From IMG/VR virus record IMGVR_UViG_3300032257_000003: DNA of 64,000 bases. One strand, given 5' to 3'. This document shows, in pieces, positions 57,577 through 64,000 of the stretch (positions are counted from its first letter, which is position 1; each line of letters opens with the position of its first letter). This DNA comes from an uncultured virus (IMG/VR IMGVR_UViG_3300032257_000003). Taxonomy: Duplodnaviria > Heunggongvirae > Uroviricota > Caudoviricetes. The position numbers and the translations under genes are program-made. Below the pieces are notes generated by a model. It was not told the DNA's origin. It did no database searches and saw only the letters and a program-made list of their open reading frames with translations.

Positions 57577-60309
57577 ATGGCAACAATACAACAATTAAAA
57601 GACCAAATAGACTTACACGAATTAGCAGCAAGATTAGGCATTCAACAGGGAAAAGGTAAAAATGCAAATTACTTTAGCCCACACCATGCAGATAAATCAC
57701 CCAGCCTTTCAATAGATAATAAGCGTAACAGATGGAAGGACTTTAGTGACCCTGATTCAGGTGGCTCATGTATTGACCTGGTTATGTATGTAGAAAACGT
57801 TGAAGCCGCTGAGGCGGTGAATATTTTGCATGATCTTTATGGCATTGAAAAAGACAAACCAAACCCTAAAAAGCAGCAACAAAAATCAACAGTTGAATAT
57901 ATTGCAGACAAGTGCAAAGGCAACGAAGAAAAAATAATTGAATATTTAACGAGCCGTGGCATTACTCAGAAAGTCATTAAACACGGCATTAAAAAAGGCA
58001 TGTTAGGTTTTAATACGTATACGGGTAAAACCGCTGCAGCCGGTGAGTTTGGTTATGGGGGCCCTGCAGTTGCTTTTATTGTTAAGTGTTTAAACTTATC
58101 GCGTATTGTTGCTGTAGATATGCGCTATCTGGAACCAGAATTAAATGGTGGTGTTAAAACACAGATTCAGGGAGAGAAAAACGGCTATTTATGGACAAAT
58201 GATATTCAGAAACTTAAAAACGCTAAGGTTGTTTTTATTGTAGAAAGTTCGATTAATGCATTATCAGTTGATAGCTGTGAAATACCAGGTACGGCCGCTT
58301 TTGCATTAAGAGGCACAGGTAACACTGATAATTTAGATTTACGTTTTTTAATGGGTAAGAAGGTGGTTATTTGCCTGGATAATGACCCTGCCACAGACAA
58401 AGGAAAATATCCTGGTCAAGAGGCATCTTGGGTTTTACATTCGCGCCTTACAGCCATGAATGTGGCTTGTCATTTAACCGATCAAACAACCTGGGATGAA
58501 TTTGAATATAACGATGTAAACGACATTCTAAAGGATGTAGGTGTGTCAGGTTTAAAAACGCATTTATCTAAACTGCAGGGTGGTTGTATACCTGGTGTTT
58601 ATGTTTCAGAAGAATACCAGGGCCCTAGCCGCATATGGTTGCCGCCTCATGACTTTGCACAGTATTGGCGTTTTAGAGTTAAAGAAGATTTCACCACCTG
58701 CATTACAAAAATGACTGAAGATGATGATGGTAATAAAAAGCCTGAGTTTGCTGATTTATGCGGGTTTAGGGTGGCAGGGCTTTCACGTATAACAGTATCT
58801 AGCTCTGTTGCTACGATGACAGGTGAAGAGGACACATCACCCAGAACACAGTTTGCAGTGAGTGTGCAGACACCACGCCACGGCAATAAATTAATTAGAC
58901 GTGTGCTTGAAGATGAGCGTTTACACAATGTTGATCAGTGGCGAAAATTTGGCCCTGTTTATGCGCAAAATGGATTTTTACGTATGATTAATATTTTAGA
59001 ACGTGCTGCGCATATTGGCTCACGTGAAGCAATTAATTTTGTTGGTTTAGCCTGGAAGCAGGGCAAGCCTACGGTTAACGAGGGGCCAGATTGTTATTTC
59101 ACTGACCCTAATAAGCAATGCCCATATCATAATTTATCATTCCCTTCAGGTTCAAAAAGTGACGCCAGAAAAGTGATTGAAGCTTACCAGGCTACATTTC
59201 AAAAAAATGCTGCTTTGCATACTTTAAATTGGAGTTTGGGTGGTCATTTAAAAGCATTTTTAGGCTTCTGGCCGCACTTAATTATGCAGGCTGATAAAGG
59301 TAGTGGTAAGTCTGTTTTAACTCAACGACTAGCAAGAACGGTTGCAATAACGATGTTTTCTGGCCAGTCATTACAAACTGAATACAGGTTACTCACATCT
59401 ATTAGTGGTACCAGCCACCCAGTTGGCTGGGAAGAAATGTCAGCACGTTCTCAACAAATAATTGATAAAGCGGTTTCTCTTCTGCAGGAATCTTATGGTT
59501 ATACGGTAACTTTCAGGGGCACTGATATGACAGAGTATTTAATTTCTGCCCCCGTGTTGCTTGCTGGTGAAGATGTGCCCGTAAAAGGCGTTACAGGCAA
59601 AGTGGTGCGGGTTAATTTAAGCCAGCGTAAAGGTGATTTATTACCTGAAGACCTGCCCCGTTTCCCGGTTCTGGAATGGATTAAATTTTTATCTGAGCAA
59701 TCCAGGACCAGTGTTTTAGAGTTGCATAAACGGGCTGTTGATCATTGTGACTTTCATTGCAGAACAGATGGTAAAGATGAGGGTGCCAGCCGTATGATCA
59801 ATAACTACGCGGCCATGTTAACCAATTGGCGTCTGTTATGTGCATTTGCTGATATACCAAAAGAAACAGGTAATTTTGAGGCAGATTTATTAGCTGAAAT
59901 GAATGTGCATATAGCTGAGACCAGTGGTGATAGACAGCCATGGGTTTGGATTATAGAAACGCTCTTTAGTCAAATATCCTCCCATATGTTTAATTACCCT
60001 TATAAGTTCGTAGTGATGCGCAATGAGGGCGAGCCAGTTGAATGTTTGCTGATTCGTTGCACTCATATCATGCAGCATTTCAAACACAGCCCTAGCCTTA
60101 AAGAGACCTACAATGGTTTGCCTGTTAAGTCTGACCGAGTGTTAAAGCGGCAACTTAACCAGGCTGAAGTAATTTATAAAGACCGTGTAGATACCACCAT
60201 TGCCAAGAAAAGAGAAAGCCACATGATGGCCCTCTCTATTGATGCGCTTGAAGGTTACGGCCTGCACGTGAGCCGCCCTGAAACACCTGATGATTTTGCA
60301 GAGAAATAA
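57577..60309 (+). CDS. TOPRIM primase fused to a P-loop helicase-like domain
   Basis: N-terminal SPHHADKSPSLS..GGSCIDLV; IVESSINALS and CLDND TOPRIM motifs; ADKGSGKS P-loop. Confidence 0.85.
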   Translation: MATIQQLKDQIDLHELAARLGIQQGKGKNANYFSPHHADKSPSLSIDNKRNRWKDFSDPDSGGSCIDLVMYVENVEAAEAVNILHDLYGIEKDKPNPKKQQQKSTVEYIADKCKGNEEKIIEYLTSRGITQKVIKHGIKKGMLGFNTYTGKTAAAGEFGYGGPAVAFIVKCLNLSRIVAVDMRYLEPELNGGVKTQIQGEKNGYLWTNDIQKLKNAKVVFIVESSINALSVDSCEIPGTAAFALRGTGNTDNLDLRFLMGKKVVICLDNDPATDKGKYPGQEASWVLHSRLTAMNVACHLTDQTTWDEFEYNDVNDILKDVGVSGLKTHLSKLQGGCIPGVYVSEEYQGPSRIWLPPHDFAQYWRFRVKEDFTTCITKMTEDDDGNKKPEFADLCGFRVAGLSRITVSSSVATMTGEEDTSPRTQFAVSVQTPRHGNKLIRRVLEDERLHNVDQWRKFGPVYAQNGFLRMINILERAAHIGSREAINFVGLAWKQGKPTVNEGPDCYFTDPNKQCPYHNLSFPSGSKSDARKVIEAYQATFQKNAALHTLNWSLGGHLKAFLGFWPHLIMQADKGSGKSVLTQRLARTVAITMFSGQSLQTEYRLLTSISGTSHPVGWEEMSARSQQIIDKAVSLLQESYGYTVTFRGTDMTEYLISAPVLLAGEDVPVKGVTGKVVRVNLSQRKGDLLPEDLPRFPVLEWIKFLSEQSRTSVLELHKRAVDHCDFHCRTDGKDEGASRMINNYAAMLTNWRLLCAFADIPKETGNFEADLLAEMNVHIAETSGDRQPWVWIIETLFSQISSHMFNYPYKFVVMRNEGEPVECLLIRCTHIMQHFKHSPSLKETYNGLPVKSDRVLKRQLNQAEVIYKDRVDTTIAKKRESHMMALSIDALEGYGLHVSRPETPDDFAEK

Positions 60310-60334
60310 AGGGAGTAGCGATGCTTATATGTAA

Positions 60335-60820
60335 ACACCCCCCCCACACCCCCCCACGAATTTGGCTGCGCCATTTTAATAAAAAAAACTTCGTCAGTTT
60401 TTTTTCTCTTAAAAACCTCCCTATAAGGTGTCGGGTATGGCTCGTTTTTTTGGCGGAATTACTGACTTATTACTCTATGTTATTGATTGATGGGGTTATT
60501 TTGTGGCGTGTTAGCTTGTTTTATACGCCAGTTACGCTTGTTTATGCGCGGGTTAGCTTGTTTTGTGCGCCTTTTCTGTTTTTTGTCTCTTTATATATAT
60601 ATTTATCTTATCTTATTGAAAAAGAAAGAAATAAAGGGCTGATAAATAGAGATATCCAGCTGTTTTATATGCGCGGGTTAAGAATATTAACATGTACTAA
60701 CCTACGCGGGTTTTTACTGTCATTAGCAATAACACGCGCATTAACTCGCGCATTTTTTTCTTATAAAAAACAAATGGTTAGGTGTGAATTTAGCCTAATA
60801 CGCCAATACGCGGGTAAATC
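60335..60820. repeat. Iteron-like repeats and AT-rich tract, probable origin of the second element
   Basis: Three GTTAGCTTGTTTT-like copies at 60510-60572, further TACGCGGG/TGCGCGGG copies, tandem ACACCCCCCC. Confidence 0.55.
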
Positions 60821-60850
60821 TGCCCCTACCTTATTTTTTTGGAGTAATTC

Positions 60851-61846
60851 ATGGAATTAATTGAACAGTTTTTGCAGTGGTTAGAATTTAATAAGGGAAG
60901 GTCCGTTAATACGTGTATTAAGTATCGCCTTTATTTGGTTCGTTTAAATGATTATTTACCTAGTGAATTAATTAGTGCTGAGAGAGGTGAATTAGAATCT
61001 TTCGTAGGTATCGATGCACACAAAAGCGGTATGTCACCTAAAAGCCGTAAACCGATGGTTGCCGCTATACGAGGTTTTTATACCTGGTTATATCGTGAAG
61101 AAAAAATATCTAATAACCCATCTGAAGCTATAAATTATCCCTCTGTTGGTAATAAGTTGCCAACTGCTGCAAGCCTTCAAACCGCTGAAAAGTTATTGAT
61201 GGGACCAGACTTAAATACTTTAAAGGGTGTGCGTGATGCAGCTATTTTAGCTTTATTAATAGGGGGTGGGTTAAGAGTTTCAGGTTTACGTAAACTAAAT
61301 GAAAGCCATTTACTTTGGACAGAGGACGATGATGGAACAGAAAGATTAACACTTAAGTTAACAGAGAAGGGTGATAAAGATAGGTTGTTACCAATGACAA
61401 CAGAAGCCAGGTTGTTTATTAGAGCTTACCTCGGTCACCCGAACTTAAAACATATTGATAGAACATTAAGTAATAGCGATAAGGTGTTATTCATTTCATT
61501 AAGAAATAGGTCAATACCAGAATATGATTATCGTGGAGAGCTTAGGCGTTTATCTGCACGTTCTATTAATGACATGATTCATTTGTATGGCGAACAGCAG
61601 GGCCTACCTACTAATCAGTTACATTCACATGCAATGCGCCACCTCTTTGGTACTGAAATGGCAGAGTCAGATATTGACTTACTACAGCGCCAAACATTAC
61701 TAGGTCATGCAGACCCTAAAACTACAGAGATATATACAAAGTTAGCTACAAGAAAGCTGGCCAGAGTAGTTGATGTTGCAAGCCCCTTGAGAAAAATAAA
61801 AACACCTATGACAGACATAGCTAAAATTATTGAGAATAATAAATAA
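60851..61846 (+). CDS. Tyrosine recombinase (XerC/D-like)
   Basis: GLRVSG, EKGDK, HAMRH, LLGH, TEIY catalytic set. Confidence 0.92.
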   Translation: MELIEQFLQWLEFNKGRSVNTCIKYRLYLVRLNDYLPSELISAERGELESFVGIDAHKSGMSPKSRKPMVAAIRGFYTWLYREEKISNNPSEAINYPSVGNKLPTAASLQTAEKLLMGPDLNTLKGVRDAAILALLIGGGLRVSGLRKLNESHLLWTEDDDGTERLTLKLTEKGDKDRLLPMTTEARLFIRAYLGHPNLKHIDRTLSNSDKVLFISLRNRSIPEYDYRGELRRLSARSINDMIHLYGEQQGLPTNQLHSHAMRHLFGTEMAESDIDLLQRQTLLGHADPKTTEIYTKLATRKLARVVDVASPLRKIKTPMTDIAKIIENNK

Positions 61847-62003
61847 TGCACTTATTAAGGCACAGTAGCCGCTTAGAACTTATATACCATGGGGTTACTA
61901 GTATTCTTATAGGCCTGTTTCTCTGCCCTCGCAGGATGGGTGCGCACCTCCCTGAAACTTTCCTTTATAACGGCCTAACTGTTGCAACCTCCATAGAACT
62001 TTC

Positions 62004-62032
62004 AACTGCGTGTTATTACATAAGGCGCAGTT
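62004..62032. promoter_or_regulatory. Candidate tyrosine-recombinase core site
   Basis: AACTGCGTGTTA-TTACA-TAAGGCGCAGTT imperfect inverted repeat. Confidence 0.5.
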
Positions 62033-62071
62033 CAATAGCTTCCATTAACCAACAATCAAAGGGTTACAGCC

Positions 62072-62563
62072 ATGAATGATGATGATAAGCGCAGTTCAAA
62101 TAAAGAAGTGCACCTGGTTAAACCTTCTAGTAAGACAGATCAGCTAGGGGTGGGGGGTAGGCATAAGCAAAGTCAACCCTCTTTTGAGGTAGGTGGGTAC
62201 CTAGATATATGCAATATTTCTGATTTTGATTTTTTGGCGTCGACTCGTAAAAGTGACCCGAGAATTAAGGCGCTACACGATATGTATGTAGGTGAGGAGT
62301 GGATACAGTTTGCTGAAATTGTTGGTTATGAGTCTTTTATGGTTTTATGGATGAAATTTGGAGAAGAAAATAACTCCAAATGCTTATATGTACCTACTTT
62401 ATCAAAATATGTGCGATATCAACGAAACCTATTAATACTAAAGCTTTTCGACGAAGGTTATAGGAGCAATCAGATTAAAAAACACATAAAGAGAGAATTA
62501 TGTGAGGACATAAGTATTCGCCACATAGATCGTATTTGTTTAAAAAGTAAAATGAAACGATGA
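62072..62563 (+). CDS. Mor-like transcription regulator
   Basis: LYVP....RYQRN..I..LF...I......ISIRHIDRI C-terminal HTH pattern. Confidence 0.55.
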   Translation: MNDDDKRSSNKEVHLVKPSSKTDQLGVGGRHKQSQPSFEVGGYLDICNISDFDFLASTRKSDPRIKALHDMYVGEEWIQFAEIVGYESFMVLWMKFGEENNSKCLYVPTLSKYVRYQRNLLILKLFDEGYRSNQIKKHIKRELCEDISIRHIDRICLKSKMKR

Positions 62564-64000
62564 CTGATAAAACCGCAATAATATATGCCCGTGTTAGCTC
62601 AGCTAAACAGGCAGAAGAAGAATTACCCATATCTAGCCAGATTGAACAGTGCAGAAAGAAGGCTGAATCTTTAGGTGCAAATATAATTAAGGTTTACTCT
62701 GATGAAGGTATTTCAGGTAGCTCTGATAAACGCCCAGCATTTCAAGATGCGATGTTATTTTGTGAAATTGAACCACCAACATACTTAATTACCTGGTCAA
62801 GTTCTCGCTTTGCCAGAAATAAAGTTGATGCAGGGTTTTATAAAAAACGTTTAGCAACAGCTAACGTGAAAATAATGTATGTATCTATGGAAGTTGATAC
62901 AGACACTACAGGAGGCTGGTTATTAGATGGTGTTATGGAAATTTTTGATGAGCTATATAGTAGGCAGGTAAGTGCTGATACAAGGCGTTCACTAATTAAA
63001 AACGCTAAAGATGGTTACTGGAATGGAGGGCGGGTGCCTTATGGATTCATAGCAGCTAACGATGTTGAAAACCCTAAAAGAAAACGCTTAGCTCATAATC
63101 CTGATGAGGTCGATGTAGTAAGAAAAATATTCGATTTAAAAATGAATGAAAATATGGGTGGTAAATCTATTTGTATTTGGTTGTCAGAAAACGGTTATAA
63201 ATACAGAGGTTCAACCTGGAAGGTTTCAACAGTTCAAAGTCTCTTAAGAAATAAACTGGTCATAGGTAAAACAACATTTGGCAAACGTGATTCAAATAGA
63301 AAAATAAGACCGAAAGAAGAATGGATTATTGTTGATAGTCATAAACCCATTATTGACTCAGTTACATGGGACACAGTACAAAAAATAATGGATTCACAAA
63401 CAGACCCAGAAAGTAATGGTAGCCCCAAAAGCCTGCACACATTCACAGGGCTCTTAACTTGCGGTCAGTGTGGTTCATCTATGCATACTGAAAGTGCTAA
63501 GGGTAAACTGAAAAGGTTTTATTACTATAACTGCTCGGCGGCTGCTAAGTATAAAAAACATAAACCAAGGCGTATTAACTCAGATGCAATGGATAAATGG
63601 TTATTGCAGGTAATTTGTGAAACGATATTTTCAGAAGAAAACTTAACAGAGATAATTAATAGTCTATTTGATATTGCTGGTACATGGTTATATGAGAAAA
63701 ATAAAAGATTAAGTAGTGCAGAAAGCAGGCTGTTATCTTTAAAACAAAAACAAAATAACTTATATGATTTATTGGAACTTCATGGGTTAGATGCGCCAAA
63801 TCTGGGTGATTTATCAGAAAGGCTAAAAAACAATAACGAGAAAGCTAAGATAATTGAACAGGAAATAGCAATAATAGACGCTGAAACACCTCCGGTAATA
63901 GAGAAAGCGTCTAAATCAACCATTAGAGAGGTATCTAAGTTTTTAACAGAATTAATTATTACTATGGAAAATCCCAAGAAGGTAAGGGCCCTCTTGGGAA
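62560..64000 (+). CDS. Large serine recombinase, 3'-truncated by window end (absent from ORF track)
   Basis: Translated by hand: IYARVSS..Q, DEGISG, RPAF, SRFAR, GGRVPYG, CGQCGSSM..YYNC. Confidence 0.93.
   Translation, partial: MTDKTAIIYARVSSAKQAEEELPISSQIEQCRKKAESLGANIIKVYSDEGISGSSDKRPAFQDAMLFCEIEPPTYLITWSSSRFARNKVDAGFYKKRLATANVKIMYVSMEVDTDTTGGWLLDGVMEIFDELYSRQVSADTRRSLIKNAKDGYWNGGRVPYGFIAANDVENPKRKRLAHNPDEVDVVRKIFDLKMNENMGGKSICIWLSENGYKYRGSTWKVSTVQSLLRNKLVIGKTTFGKRDSNRKIRPKEEWIIVDSHKPIIDSVTWDTVQKIMDSQTDPESNGSPKSLHTFTGLLTCGQCGSSMHTESAKGKLKRFYYYNCSAAAKYKKHKPRRINSDAMDKWLLQVICETIFSEENLTEIINSLFDIAGTWLYEKNKRLSSAESRLLSLKQKQNNLYDLLELHGLDAPNLGDLSERLKNNNEKAKIIEQEIAIIDAETPPVIEKASKSTIREVSKFLTELIITMENPKKVRALLG

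Larger units (their letters stand above)
57491..64000. mobile_element. Second, unrelated prophage- or satellite-like element (partial)
   Basis: Primase-helicase, tyrosine recombinase, Mor-like regulator and serine recombinase; begins where the repeat ends. Confidence 0.75.

Noticed and set aside
60321..60860. 179-aa ORF
   Set aside because: Reads through repeats and homopolymer tracts; composition looks non-coding
61846..62079. 77-aa ORF
   Set aside because: No recognisable features; overlaps the candidate recombination site
63780..63977. Minus-strand 65-aa ORF
   Set aside because: Antisense shadow of the serine recombinase

Overview
Positions 1-57152 look like one complete unit-length genome of a podovirus-like phage of a Gram-negative host, probably a gammaproteobacterium (spanins, CsrA, gamma-type SSB). 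Positions 1-337 recur at 57153-57490 with 4 differences, so the genome closes on itself. Gene order: split large terminase, portal, scaffold, N4-gp56-type capsid, tail adaptor/nozzle/fibre, ejection proteins, a 5609-aa DarB-like polyvalent protein, a PhoD-like protein, lysis cassette, a leftward replication/nuclease arm headed by a Cro-like gene, and a rightward early arm (ERF, YqaJ exonuclease, CsrA, SSB, peptide deformylase, FtsK-gamma/small-terminase fusion). I found no integrase, CI repressor or DNA polymerase in this unit. After 57490 an unrelated element begins (TOPRIM primase-helicase, iteron-like region, tyrosine recombinase with a candidate core site, Mor-like regulator, large serine recombinase); the join is either an insertion or an assembly chimera. 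Most unusual observations: a TnpV-like gene with its own promoter and RBS overprinted in +1 frame inside the giant gene; a GGDEF-like domain in a probably injected protein; an FtsK-gamma domain fused to TerS; a TerL split by two inserted membrane-protein genes; a ~400-nt structured non-coding region beside a stand-alone RNA:DNA-hybrid-binding-domain gene; and a short peptide motif shared by consecutive ejection proteins. All family calls come from motif recognition by eye; no searches were run.
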